Shown here piece by piece: positions 1-9,465 of a stretch of DNA of 64,000 nucleotides. Source of the DNA: an uncultured Candidatus Saccharibacteria bacterium (GTDB lineage: Bacteria; Patescibacteriota; Minisyncoccia; Phycocordibacterales; Phycocordibacteraceae); assembly GCA_964402535.1 (NCBI GenBank), contig CAYOCH010000002.1, positions 6,661 to 70,660 on the forward strand, in the 5' to 3' direction. The first letter of the stretch is position 1. Every line of letters begins with the position of its first letter. The position numbers and the translations under genes were made by a program. Below the pieces are notes generated by a model. The model did not search any database. It worked only from the letters and a program-made list of their open reading frames with translations, and was not told where the DNA came from.

Positions 1-2
1 GC

Positions 3-488
3 GATCAATATGCGATGATTTTCGTCCGCAACACCCCACAGAACGCGTATATAATCGGGAAGTACGCCATCACGACGCAAAACGCAGGCGATCGGCTCCG
101 CAGCCTCGCGGACTCAGGCGATTATGATGAGATGGTCGCGGCGGCTGATATCGACAACCTGCTCGGCCGTGGCGATCTCTCGGCGAAATTGTTTCTCGAT
201 GTCGTCACGCGCTGGCCAGAGAAGGCGAAGATCTGGATGATCATGGGGGAGTGGGAGCTGACCCGTAATGATGAGCAAGGGAATCTCCTGGCGATGATGT
301 ATCTCGACAAGGCGATCTCGCTCGGAAAGAAGACCGCGGAGGCGTACAGCTTCCTCGGCGCGGCGTACGCACGACTCGGTTACCGCGACCAAGCGGAGGC
401 GGCGCTTCGCCGGTCGCTCGACATCAATCCTGACCGCCAGGACGCGAAGGACTTGCTCAATAAGCTGCAGAACTTCTCGACCCAATGA
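3..488 (+). CDS. TPR-repeat protein, 3' part (frame open to window edge)
   Basis: C-terminal TPR pattern (AEAYSFLGAAYARLGYRDQAEAALRRSLDINPD). Confidence 0.75.
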   Translation, partial: DQYAMIFVRNTPQNAYIIGKYAITTQNAGDRLRSLADSGDYDEMVAAADIDNLLGRGDLSAKLFLDVVTRWPEKAKIWMIMGEWELTRNDEQGNLLAMMYLDKAISLGKKTAEAYSFLGAAYARLGYRDQAEAALRRSLDINPDRQDAKDLLNKLQNFSTQ

Positions 489-890
489 AGACCCAGTTCG
501 TCGCCGCCAGTTTTCTCGCGCTATTCCTCGAGCTCACGTTCATCCGCTGGCTGCCGGACAACGTGATGTCGCTCGCGTACGACACGAACATCGTCCTCTT
601 GTCGTCGTTCCTCGGCTTCGTGCTCGCGGACCGGCCGCGCGAGCACCTCGGCTATTTCCCGGCGGTGCTGCTCGGCGTCACCGTCATCGCCGTTCTGTTC
701 CGCTCTGTGGATACGGTGGTCCCGAGCGTGAGCAACGAGCTCCTCTGAAGCTTCTATACCGGCAACCGGCTCGGCGTCGGGGTCGTGTCGTTCGGCATCC
801 TGCAGTCCTTGACCGCCGTGTACGCTCTATCTCGTCGCAGGGCTCCTCTACGTCGTTGCGTATGTGTTCTCGCAGCCGGAGGAGGGATAG
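485..890 (+). pseudogene. Remnant of a spermidine-synthase-like integral membrane protein
   Basis: N-terminus LFLELTFIRW; in-frame TGA at 746-748; a shifted frame then gives a hydrophobic end LYLVAGLLYVVAYVFSQPEEG*; far shorter than the family. Confidence 0.5.
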
Positions 891-1003
891 GGCAGGGTAT
901 ACTGTAGCCATGCGTGCGCGCGATAAGAACGGCATCCACACGACGTGGTTGTGCCTATAAAGAATACGAGCAGGACGTCGTCCTGCTCGTCGATACGGGT
1001 GCC

Positions 1004-1381
1004 TCAAATGACCCTGTTGCCGTTCGGTTCTGATGGCCAGCGTACGGTGATGCCCCAAGCGGGTGCCTCGTGTACGATGACTTCCTTCGTCACGCCAGGA
1101 GGGATGATGATGTAATCCCTCGTGGCGGCGTTGAGGATGACCGTCTGATGCTCTCCGTTCATGAACAGTTCGAGACGGAGCGCGCCACTGCTGATGATAA
1201 TGAACTCGCTGCCGCTGAAGGATTTCTTTCCGTACGCGAAGGGTTTGGGGTAATCCCAGCACTTCACTTCGACATCCGGCGTTCGCGCGATGCCTGTCTG
1301 CATGTGCCCGACCGCCCAACCTTTCATCTCGGAATTGTTGATAGATTCGCTCGTCCCGAGGACGAGACCCGGAATACCCAT
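1004..1381 (-). CDS. Cupin-like protein
   Basis: GWAVGH...VEVK...IISSGALRL...DYIIIPPGV...ITVRWPS beta-barrel pattern; start moved to ATG 1381. Confidence 0.55.
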   Translation of the reverse strand: MGIPGLVLGTSESINNSEMKGWAVGHMQTGIARTPDVEVKCWDYPKPFAYGKKSFSGSEFIIISSGALRLELFMNGEHQTVILNAATRDYIIIPPGVTKEVIVHEAPAWGITVRWPSEPNGNRVI

Positions 1382-1467
1382 GGCGCATTCCCCCAAAAGT
1401 TGACTGTTTTTATAGTACCACAGTTCCTCGACAGAGCAAGTCCGGATCGCTCGCGTATACTGCCGAT

Positions 1468-2706
1468 ATGTCCAAAACGAGCGGCTATTCTTTGTGGTTG
1501 ACGCCCGATGTCGCATCACAGGAATATCGCAGCCTTTCCGCGAATATCGCAGAACTCGCGGGGGTCTACGGTACGCCGCTGTTCGAACCGCATGTCACCC
1601 TCATCGGCGGCATACAAGGCACGGAAGCAGAGGTGCGTGCGAGGACACAAGAATTAGCAGATCGGCTGTCGACGTTCACGGTTCAGCTCGGTGCTATCGG
1701 ATCACGCGGTAGCTATCATCAAAGCCTCTTCATCTGCGCGGATCCTTCAGGCGAGCTCTTGCGCGCGAACGCTGTCGCGCGCGGCATCTTCTCCATCGAT
1801 ACCGGAGATTATTTCCCGCACGTGAGCCTCGCGTACGGCGACTTCTCGCCGGAGCAGCTTCAATCACTCCGAACCCGCCTCGCTTCAGGGTCGCCGATCC
1901 CCGGTACCGTGTTCGCTGTCTCCGGCATCACGTTGTGGCGGTGCGACGGGGAGGTCCGTGAATGGAAGAAGGTCGCCGACGTACCTTTTGCCGGAGAGGC
2001 ATCTGCTGCGAAGAAGCTGTCGATAATCATACCGGCATACAACGAAGAAAAGACCATTTCTGAACTAATCCGTCGGGTGAAGGATGCGCCGCTGGCGCTC
2101 GAAAAGGAGATCGTCGTCGTTGACAACGGCTCTACGGACCGGACGCAGGGCATCCTCGCGGGAGAGAACAGCATCGTGCTCGTCACGCTTGACCCGAATC
2201 GGGGCAAGGGCGGTGCGATCAAGGCCGGGCTCGAGAAAGCCACCGGCGACCTCGTTATCTTCCAGGATGCGGATCTCGAATACGATCCGCGCGATTATCC
2301 TGCGATGATAGCGCCGCTTCTCGATGGCCGGACGGAAGCGGTCATGGGCGTTCGGCGAGAGACCGATCATGATGCGTATCGATGGCGGTCGCCGTACTAT
2401 TTCATAAGCTGGATCGGGAATCATCTCATCACGTGGACGACAAACGCCCTCTTCTCGAACGATGCTGGCGAGTATGAGGGCTGCTATAAGGCGTTTACGA
2501 AGCGGCTGCTCGATACGATAGAGGTGCGAACGAACGGATTCGCCTATGACAACGAGTTGGTGTGCAAGATTTTGAAGCGAGGGAACAAGACCGTTGACGT
2601 CCCGATCCGTTATCAACCTCGCAGTTATGAAGCGGGGAAGCACATCCGCTGGCGGGACGGCCTTCTGATACTATGGACGATCATCAGATGCCGCTTTACT
2701 GATTGA
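1468..2706 (+). CDS. Fusion: 2H cyclic phosphodiesterase + GT2 (DPM-synthase-like) glycosyltransferase
   Basis: Two HxT/S motifs (PHVTL, PHVSL), then LSIIIPAYNEE, VDNGSTD, NRGKG, QDADLEYDP. Confidence 0.85.
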   Translation: MSKTSGYSLWLTPDVASQEYRSLSANIAELAGVYGTPLFEPHVTLIGGIQGTEAEVRARTQELADRLSTFTVQLGAIGSRGSYHQSLFICADPSGELLRANAVARGIFSIDTGDYFPHVSLAYGDFSPEQLQSLRTRLASGSPIPGTVFAVSGITLWRCDGEVREWKKVADVPFAGEASAAKKLSIIIPAYNEEKTISELIRRVKDAPLALEKEIVVVDNGSTDRTQGILAGENSIVLVTLDPNRGKGGAIKAGLEKATGDLVIFQDADLEYDPRDYPAMIAPLLDGRTEAVMGVRRETDHDAYRWRSPYYFISWIGNHLITWTTNALFSNDAGEYEGCYKAFTKRLLDTIEVRTNGFAYDNELVCKILKRGNKTVDVPIRYQPRSYEAGKHIRWRDGLLILWTIIRCRFTD

Positions 2707-2708
2707 TC

Positions 2709-3548
2709 ATGGCTGCTGCGAACTCGCCGACGAAACTCATCGTGCCGCTTGCTGGCTTGGGTACGCGCTTCATGCCGTATTCCGGTGCCGTCCCGAAGGA
2801 GATGGCCTACCTGGTCGACAAACCGGTCATCGAGCATATCGTCGAGGAAGCGCGCCTTTCAGGCATGACAGAGGTGCTGTTCATCTTGAACAACAATAAG
2901 GAGATCATTCCCGACTATTTTAGACAGCAGAAGGGGGACTATCCCGGGATGAGATTCCGATGCATCCGCGCCGACGCGACGTTCGGCGACGGCCATTCGA
3001 TCCTGCTTGCTAAGCGTTTCGTCGAGAAGGATGAGCCTTTTGCGGTCAGCATGGGCGACCTGATCTCATTCGCGCGCGTCCCGTTCCTGAAGCAGCTTCG
3101 ATCCGCGTACGAGAAATATGAACGCCCGGTCATTTCTGTCGAGGAGGTGCAGCCGATCGATATGAAGGATGTCGCAAGCAAGAACGGGATGATCACGGTA
3201 GCGAGGACTCTCGCAAGCCGTGCCTACGTCGCCAACGACGTCGTCGAAAAGCCCGGCGCAGCGCGTTCCCCGAGCCGGATCCGATTGACCGGCAAGTACA
3301 TCCTGACACCGGATATATTCGACTATCTTGAGCGGCGGCTACGGAACCGGACTGGGGAGGTAAAACTCGCTGATGCCCTCAAAGACTATGCGAATGAAAG
3401 AGGGCTGCTCGCATACGCCTGCCGGGGGGAGATCCTCGACACGGGCAATAAGCTGGATTTCTTGAAAGCGAAGTTCCTCTTAGCCTCGGCGCATCCAGAA
3501 TACGGGAAGCCGCTGCGGGCATTCATCCGGCGCCGGTTGCAGCCGTGA
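2709..3548 (+). CDS. galU: UTP-glucose-1-phosphate uridylyltransferase-like nucleotidyltransferase
   Basis: AGLGTRF.P....PKEM..VDKP, VEKP, DTG motifs. Confidence 0.75.
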   Translation: MAAANSPTKLIVPLAGLGTRFMPYSGAVPKEMAYLVDKPVIEHIVEEARLSGMTEVLFILNNNKEIIPDYFRQQKGDYPGMRFRCIRADATFGDGHSILLAKRFVEKDEPFAVSMGDLISFARVPFLKQLRSAYEKYERPVISVEEVQPIDMKDVASKNGMITVARTLASRAYVANDVVEKPGAARSPSRIRLTGKYILTPDIFDYLERRLRNRTGEVKLADALKDYANERGLLAYACRGEILDTGNKLDFLKAKFLLASAHPEYGKPLRAFIRRRLQP

Positions 3549-3571
3549 CTCTCGTGTTAGAATACCGGCGT

Positions 3572-3964
3572 ATGCAGTGGTCACTCGACAGCCGGAAGAT
3601 CGCGATCCCCGTGCTCATCGCGCTCTTGGTAGCTGCAATCGCGGCGGCCGTCTATTTCTACGAGAAGGCGAGCAGCACGATCGATCCCTCGCTCGCGTCG
3701 AAGCAGGAGGTCGCGGCGACGATCATCGCGGTTGGGAAGCTCATCGACCTCCCGAGAGGCGAGGCGCCGACCGTCGCGACCGTCTCGAATGCGGACGAGC
3801 TGAAGAGCCAGCAGTTCTTCGCGAACGTGAAGCAGGGCGACAAGGTCCTCATCTATACGACCGCCAAGATGGCCTACCTCTACGATCCGGCCGCTAACCG
3901 ACTCATCAACGTCGCGCCCTTGAACATCGGGATCGCGTCGTCGACACCCGCTCCGAAGAAATAA
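3572..3964 (+). CDS. Membrane-anchored hypothetical protein
   Basis: N-terminal TM helix; TAGAAT 8 nt upstream of ATG 3572. Confidence 0.7.
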   Translation: MQWSLDSRKIAIPVLIALLVAAIAAAVYFYEKASSTIDPSLASKQEVAATIIAVGKLIDLPRGEAPTVATVSNADELKSQQFFANVKQGDKVLIYTTAKMAYLYDPAANRLINVAPLNIGIASSTPAPKK

Positions 3965-3990
3965 AAACAGCCCGCTCACGCGGGCTGTTT
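3965..3990. terminator. Bidirectional intrinsic terminator
   Basis: AAACAGCCCGC-TCAC-GCGGGCTGTTT between convergent genes. Confidence 0.8.
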
Positions 3991-4002
3991 CGTCTCACGA
4001 GG

Positions 4003-4449
4003 CTAGTTGCCCGAGGCTTCGGAGCCGGAGTTGCCGGCGTCGCTCACGCCTCCCGGCGCCTTGCAGGCCGCTGCGGCAGTGCGGAAGGTCTTCCACGCGT
4101 CGTTGCGCGAGGTGACCCACGCCTTCTGCGCGGTCTTGGTCGAGGCGTTGAAGGCGCTCCACGCGCTCTTCACCGCTGACTTCGCGCCGCCCGCGGTCGC
4201 CTGGGTATAGGCGGCGGCGAGGGCGGCGGCGCGGGCGCTATAGGCTGCGCTCACGGCCGAGGAGTGCGCGCCGATAGCGGTGCCGAGCGCGGTCTCGCGC
4301 GCCGCGACCGCCGTGCCGACGCACGTAATCTTAGACTGGACGGTCGGTGCTGCAGCTGTCGGCGTCGTCGCGGTCTGCGCGAAGGCGAGTGGCGCTGCGG
4401 CGACGATACCGGCGACGATCGTCGAAGCGATCAAGGTCTTGTTCATCAT
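4003..4449 (-). CDS. Secreted Ala-rich helical protein
   Basis: Signal peptide ending AFA-Q; two Cys; Ala-rich. Confidence 0.75.
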   Translation of the reverse strand: MMNKTLIASTIVAGIVAAAPLAFAQTATTPTAAAPTVQSKITCVGTAVAARETALGTAIGAHSSAVSAAYSARAAALAAAYTQATAGGAKSAVKSAWSAFNASTKTAQKAWVTSRNDAWKTFRTAAAACKAPGGVSDAGNSGSEASGN

Positions 4450-4455
4450 GATGAG

Positions 4456-5205
4456 TTAATGAATATTTCTAACTTTGTCAACTGAACGAGGGAAGTATGG
4501 GGCGCGAGCCGCATCGCGACAAGTAGCGGGTTGTTGATAACGGTAGTGCAGTAGGTAATAACCAGCCAGAAATTCCCAGAGGTAGAGCGGTATGCTTGCG
4601 GCCCGTTCAACGAGTCCGGGTATGAACCGGAAGTTGAGAAGCGCTATGAGCGTCAAGAACCCAACGGTACCGATCTTAGCGATCGCGCCGGATATCGGAG
4701 CGAATGACTGCCAATACTGATTCTGCAAAAAAGCACGCGCGAGACAGAACAGGGCTACAACCTCAGCCACATAGGCGATGATAGCCGCAACGACGTGTAT
4801 CGTGCCGGACACGGTTTGAGGTGAACCGGTTGCGTCGGTGGAGAATATTCCGGCGAAGAGAATACCCAAAGCAGAAAGCCCGAAAAAAATCGCCCCAATC
4901 TTTCCCCATCGATGACCCTTGAGTGAATATCCAAGCCCGACCGCCATGAGGCCATTGCCGATGCCATGGATGATAAGTGAAGACCTGAAGAGCGACCCAT
5001 AAGGACCGTTGGCGTAATTGCTGGTGAATTCTGTAATATAATTAAATTCTGGTCTGAGAATATGCATTGCGATCAGAACAATGAACAGATACAAGGCGCC
5101 TGCTATGCCAGCGACACCGCATAGCCGGTAGTAGATGTTCCGGCCGTTGTTGGCTCCTGCTCGGGGTATCGTGTCAGCTGGTACATGCTGGGAATTGATC
5201 ATCAT
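4456..5205 (-). CDS. DUF998-like membrane protein
   Basis: Multi-TM; SNYANGPYG, GIFSTD, GTIH, GLVER motifs; visibly more AT-rich than neighbours. Confidence 0.7.
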   Translation of the reverse strand: MMINSQHVPADTIPRAGANNGRNIYYRLCGVAGIAGALYLFIVLIAMHILRPEFNYITEFTSNYANGPYGSLFRSSLIIHGIGNGLMAVGLGYSLKGHRWGKIGAIFFGLSALGILFAGIFSTDATGSPQTVSGTIHVVAAIIAYVAEVVALFCLARAFLQNQYWQSFAPISGAIAKIGTVGFLTLIALLNFRFIPGLVERAASIPLYLWEFLAGYYLLHYRYQQPATCRDAARAPYFPRSVDKVRNIH

Positions 5206-5316
5206 GAGGTGTTTGTATCGATCGCCGAATCTCTCAGGTGCTGTATCACGTAACGAGAGAAGTATAGGGGCGCCTGTCGCTCTTGGACAAGCGGTGCGCT
5301 GTTGATAGCGGTAGCG

Positions 5317-6318
5317 CTACTTGAGCGCCTCGAGATAGCGATACGTCGTGCCTGAGATCTTGGCGATGACGTCAGCCAGAGCGTTCTGATCCGGACCTTC
5401 GGTCATGACGCAGACGAAATACGGGTGATGCGGGTCGTAGACGATACCGCAATCCGAGAGCTCAACGGCTGTGGCAGTACCGTTTGTGCCGATGACGTGC
5501 TCGCCGTACTTGTGCGCGACGCTGATGCCGCTCCGAACGCCAGCAACGAGCCCTTGGGTATACGTCGACTGGTTCAAGTCTTCGAGGATCTCATTAGAAT
5601 AAGACCAGGGAATATTGTAAGTGCCGTAATAGAGGATGCGGAAGAAGCGCGAGTAGTCATAGGCCGAGATCCTGTAGCCTGTAGCGCCCGGGTCGCTCGG
5701 TTTCGGTATGGAAAGGTCCGTGTACACGCTGCCGAGGATCTCCGGATCGATCGAGGAGAGGAGCGTATCTTTTGCCGCGTTGTCAGAATCGGAAAGCATC
5801 TCCTTGATAAGGTCCGAGATGAAATAGGACTGGCCGACCTTGAGCGAGACCGGCGGTGCGAAGGGGAACTGCGCGTTCTCGCTCTCGAGCTCGGGCGTAT
5901 AGGTGAAGCGCTTTTCAAAGAACGTCGGGTCGCTCTCTTCCTGCTTGTAGGCGGCGATCGCAGCGACCACCTTCAAGAGGCTGCCCGGATCGTATGTGTC
6001 GTCCTCGTTGATGCCCAGCCAGCGGCCGTTCGTGAGGTCGCGCAGATAAAACGAGTACCGAGCGACCGCCCCACGCGGCGCAGCGGACACGGTCTGTTCG
6101 ACCGACCGCTTGAGCGCGTCGAATTGGCCTTGCGCCAGCGTGTCCGGCACCGAGACCAGCAGCAGCGGACGGACGAACGAATACGGCGTGTTATTGTCGA
6201 GGACGAGCTTCACCGAACCGAGAACGTTCCCGTACCATGCTGCGGCCGCTGCATAGCCGGCCGCGCCACCGAGAGCGAGGAGAGTGAACGCGCCGATAAC
6301 AAGCGTCCGTTTCGACAT
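5317..6318 (-). CDS. Class A beta-lactamase-like serine hydrolase
   Basis: SLLK (SxxK), SDN, HKYG motifs; N-terminal anchor. Confidence 0.8.
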   Translation of the reverse strand: MSKRTLVIGAFTLLALGGAAGYAAAAAWYGNVLGSVKLVLDNNTPYSFVRPLLLVSVPDTLAQGQFDALKRSVEQTVSAAPRGAVARYSFYLRDLTNGRWLGINEDDTYDPGSLLKVVAAIAAYKQEESDPTFFEKRFTYTPELESENAQFPFAPPVSLKVGQSYFISDLIKEMLSDSDNAAKDTLLSSIDPEILGSVYTDLSIPKPSDPGATGYRISAYDYSRFFRILYYGTYNIPWSYSNEILEDLNQSTYTQGLVAGVRSGISVAHKYGEHVIGTNGTATAVELSDCGIVYDPHHPYFVCVMTEGPDQNALADVIAKISGTTYRYLEALK

Positions 6319-7577
6319 TATCGTTTCGGCAAGAGCGACCAGAGCTCCTGATCCTCGCCGCCGTCAAGCTTGAAGATCGCGATGCCGCGTACGCCGAGCT
6401 TCTTGGCGATCGCGATCTTGTCAGCGATCGACTGCGCGTCGCTCCACCAGAGGATGTTGGTCGGCGTCGAGCTCGCCGCAAGGCGCGAAGGGCCGGCGAA
6501 AAGAGCATCGGAGTAGGAGACGGTAGTCGACGCTGCTGGCAGAAGCGAGTTGCTCGTCGTGTCGGTGGCCACGCTCGCCGGGACGGTCGACGCGGCAGCG
6601 GCAGCGGCAGGCTGGTAGGTGAATGAAAGTTCGCCCGCGCTGTTGCGCGTCGGCGAGAGACCGAGCTGGGCGGCAAGATCGAGCGCGTACTTCGGGTTGA
6701 AGGCCCACTGCAGGTCGTAGCGGAAGCCGGACTCGGAGAGCGGCGTGATCTGCCACTCGTAGCCGTAGGTCGCGACACCGATCACGAGCTTCTTCTTGGG
6801 GATGATCTGCGCGGCGAGATTCACCGTCTTCGTCACCCAGGCCGGGTCTGAGATCGGGATGTACGGCTGGCCGTCGGCGGCCTTGTTAAGCTTCACATCG
6901 ACGGTCTGCTGGTCATAGGTCATGAGCTGCACGCGGTCGCAATACTTGCCGACGGCGACGAAGTCGTTCGCGTACTGCGTCGCGTCCGGCGGCGGCGTCC
7001 CGTCGTAGCGCGAAGAGACCGGCGTGCGCGCCTCGATCGCGCAATAGACGAGCTTGTTACCCATGCGGCTGTAGAGGCCTTGGAGGAAGAGGGAGAAATA
7101 GGGTTTAGTCTTCGCATATTTTCCTTCGAAGTCGATGCCGATGCCGTCGAACCCTTGGCTCTTCGCGAGCGCAGCGATGCTGTTCTCGAGCGCGATACGC
7201 GACTTCTGTTTGCTCAAGATCGCGTGGATCGCGGCGCCGTTGCTCCACATGACGGTCGGGACGACCTTCGTCTTTGCGGCCTTCGCGCTCGCGATGAGCG
7301 CGAGCGCGAGCGGCGAGGTCGTAGAGTCCTGTGAGCCGAGACCGTAGGCGTCGTAGAGCGTCCCGTCGTTTCTCACCGTGTAACCGAAGGGCATGACGGC
7401 GGTCAGTGACGAGAGGTGCGGCAACACATCCGCCGTGCCGGTTGCGACACGCCAATACGGTATCCATCCGGACACCTCAAGCGGCGCGACTTTCGCGGCG
7501 GCGTGCGTCTGAGACGGTAGCGCCACAATAAACGCCGCTACGATAATGAATAACCGTTTTTGCGTCGTGCGAGTCAC
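6318..7577 (-). CDS. Secreted glycoside hydrolase family 18
   Basis: FDGIGIDFE catalytic motif, LMTYD, GVATYG; signal peptide. Confidence 0.85.
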   Translation of the reverse strand: MTRTTQKRLFIIVAAFIVALPSQTHAAAKVAPLEVSGWIPYWRVATGTADVLPHLSSLTAVMPFGYTVRNDGTLYDAYGLGSQDSTTSPLALALIASAKAAKTKVVPTVMWSNGAAIHAILSKQKSRIALENSIAALAKSQGFDGIGIDFEGKYAKTKPYFSLFLQGLYSRMGNKLVYCAIEARTPVSSRYDGTPPPDATQYANDFVAVGKYCDRVQLMTYDQQTVDVKLNKAADGQPYIPISDPAWVTKTVNLAAQIIPKKKLVIGVATYGYEWQITPLSESGFRYDLQWAFNPKYALDLAAQLGLSPTRNSAGELSFTYQPAAAAAASTVPASVATDTTSNSLLPAASTTVSYSDALFAGPSRLAASSTPTNILWWSDAQSIADKIAIAKKLGVRGIAIFKLDGGEDQELWSLLPKR

Positions 7578-7586
7578 CCGAGCATT

Positions 7587-8138
7587 TTACCTTTTCTTGC
7601 CGATCGGGAACAACTCCATCACGCGGATGCCGATCCAGATCCAGAATGCGCCGAGGAGGTAACCAGCGAGGACATCCGTCGGGAAGTGGACGCCGAGATA
7701 GAGGCGCGAGAGCCCGATGAGCACGATGAAGACTGCGGCGGCAATATAGAGGAGCGGCGCGATGCTAGGATAGCGCTTCGCGAGGAGATACGCGCCCATC
7801 CCGTAGAGCGCCACAGAGAGCGTCGCATGCCCGCTCGGGAAGGAGGGAGAAGTCTCGACGACCGCGGGTAAGATCCCGAACGGCCGCGGCCGATTTACGA
7901 TCAGCTTCAGCACGTAGGCGGACACGCCAGAGCCGATGACGGTGACGAATAGTCCGAGCGCGAGCGTCCGGTGCCTGAAGACGTACCAGAGAAGCGCGGT
8001 GATAACCGCCGTGGCCGCGATGACGATGACCGTCTCGCCAAGATATGAGATGAGGCGAGCGGTTTCGACGAGCGATGCTAACCGGCTGCCCGCGAAGTAG
8101 GACACGACGTTTGTATCGAAGGCAGAGATGGAATTCAT
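7587..8138 (-). CDS. PAP2 family phosphatase
   Basis: K..V.RPRP, SFPSGH, SRLYLGVHFPTDV; start moved to ATG 8138. Confidence 0.9.
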   Translation of the reverse strand: MNSISAFDTNVVSYFAGSRLASLVETARLISYLGETVIVIAATAVITALLWYVFRHRTLALGLFVTVIGSGVSAYVLKLIVNRPRPFGILPAVVETSPSFPSGHATLSVALYGMGAYLLAKRYPSIAPLLYIAAAVFIVLIGLSRLYLGVHFPTDVLAGYLLGAFWIWIGIRVMELFPIGKKR

Positions 8139-8162
8139 GCGCGTAGTATAGCGTATAAAAGC

Positions 8163-8201
8163 GGCCGGGGAGGGCGTATGTGTCATACGACCTCCCCGGC
8201 C
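8163..8201 (-). terminator. Long GC hairpin followed by a U-tract on the minus strand
   Basis: GGCCGGGGAGG...CCTCCCCGGCC with AAAA on its left. Confidence 0.6.
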
Positions 8202-8390
8202 AATCACGCGTTGATCAGCGTCATAGCGTCAGCTATTTAGCTTCTAGGTTTTCATCATTCTCTCCGCGCATTGCACCGAGAGAACCTTGCCTTTCGTTAA
8301 AGAACTGCCGTTACCCTGTATCGTGTGTGCGGTGATGTCGCACACAGTGCGACCATAGCAGGGTGATGATGAAGCGAAGATTAAGAAGCT

Positions 8391-9443
8391 CTATTTGCCG
8401 CGGCCGTAGTACTTCTTGAGGAGCACAACGTGCTCCTTATAGGTGTCGGAGCAGTGGAATCGGCCGTTAGAATCATGGAAATAGAAGAGGCAGGAGGTCT
8501 TGACCGGATTCAAGGCAGCGAGGATCGACGCGACGGAGGGGTTTGCGATCGGTCCAGGCGGGAGACCGGGATTCTGGTAGGTGTTATAGGGCGATTTGCG
8601 ATAGAGGTCGTTCGGGGAGATCTTCGGCCACCAGCTTTTCGCGGCGGCGGTGTTCGCTTTCGCGTATTGCAGCGTCGCGTCGATCTGCAGGTTCATGCCG
8701 ATGAAGAGGCGATTCCAGATGATGCCCGAGATGATACGCCGGTCGTCGGCACCGGCAGCTTCACGCTCGATAAGCGAGGCGACCGTAAGCGCCTCTCCGA
8801 GCGGGACGACGGCTGCCGTGGTCGTACCATAGTGCTCGAGCACATCCGCTTCGAACCGTTTGTTCACCAGTGCCTGCGCGTCGACGGGCGAGAGATCTGG
8901 CGAAACGGCATAAATGCCGGGAGCAAACGAGCCCTCGACGAGCGGCAAGCTCGCACCGCTCTGCGGCGTGAGGAATTGCTGCTTCTGATTGCTGTTCCAG
9001 GAGAGTGCAGAGGCGAAGGCGCTCGCGACCTGCTCCTTGCGCATGCCGGGCGTGACAGCAACGAGCCGGCTGTTCGCTGCGGCGAAGGTCGGGTAGAAGG
9101 GGAGGTCAGAGATCGTTACCGCGAGCCAGTCGAAGACGTTCTTGACGACGTCGCCAAGATCGCCGACCGAGGCGATCAAGGGCGAGCTCGAACGGTTGAA
9201 GAGGGCGTCCGCCTGCGCGTTCTCGACGATCGTCTTGTTGCGCGGATCGACCGAGACCGGGAACTGGTTCACAGGCGCAGAGCGGACTGCGTCCTGCGCG
9301 TGCCGTACATCGAGGGCGAGGATGGTGGGGAGGACGAGGCCGATCGCAATGAGGATGCCGACGAAGATCGCGACGAGCGCAAGGCTGCCGGTGAGCCTCC
9401 GCCGTCCTTCCGTGGCTCTTCGCGGATTCAATCTGGCTTTCAC
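8391..9443 (-). CDS. mltG: Endolytic transglycosylase MltG
   Basis: ASLIEREA, LQIDAT, SPYNTY..PGLPPGPIANP. Confidence 0.9.
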   Translation of the reverse strand: MKARLNPRRATEGRRRLTGSLALVAIFVGILIAIGLVLPTILALDVRHAQDAVRSAPVNQFPVSVDPRNKTIVENAQADALFNRSSSPLIASVGDLGDVVKNVFDWLAVTISDLPFYPTFAAANSRLVAVTPGMRKEQVASAFASALSWNSNQKQQFLTPQSGASLPLVEGSFAPGIYAVSPDLSPVDAQALVNKRFEADVLEHYGTTTAAVVPLGEALTVASLIEREAAGADDRRIISGIIWNRLFIGMNLQIDATLQYAKANTAAAKSWWPKISPNDLYRKSPYNTYQNPGLPPGPIANPSVASILAALNPVKTSCLFYFHDSNGRFHCSDTYKEHVVLLKKYYGRGK

Positions 9444-9465
9444 GTGCTCACTATATCATTTGAGA

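Noticed and set aside
5317-6318. Functional antibiotic-resistance beta-lactamase
   Set aside because: SxxK and SDN are present, but KTG is KYG and no omega-loop ExxLN is evident; activity cannot be inferred
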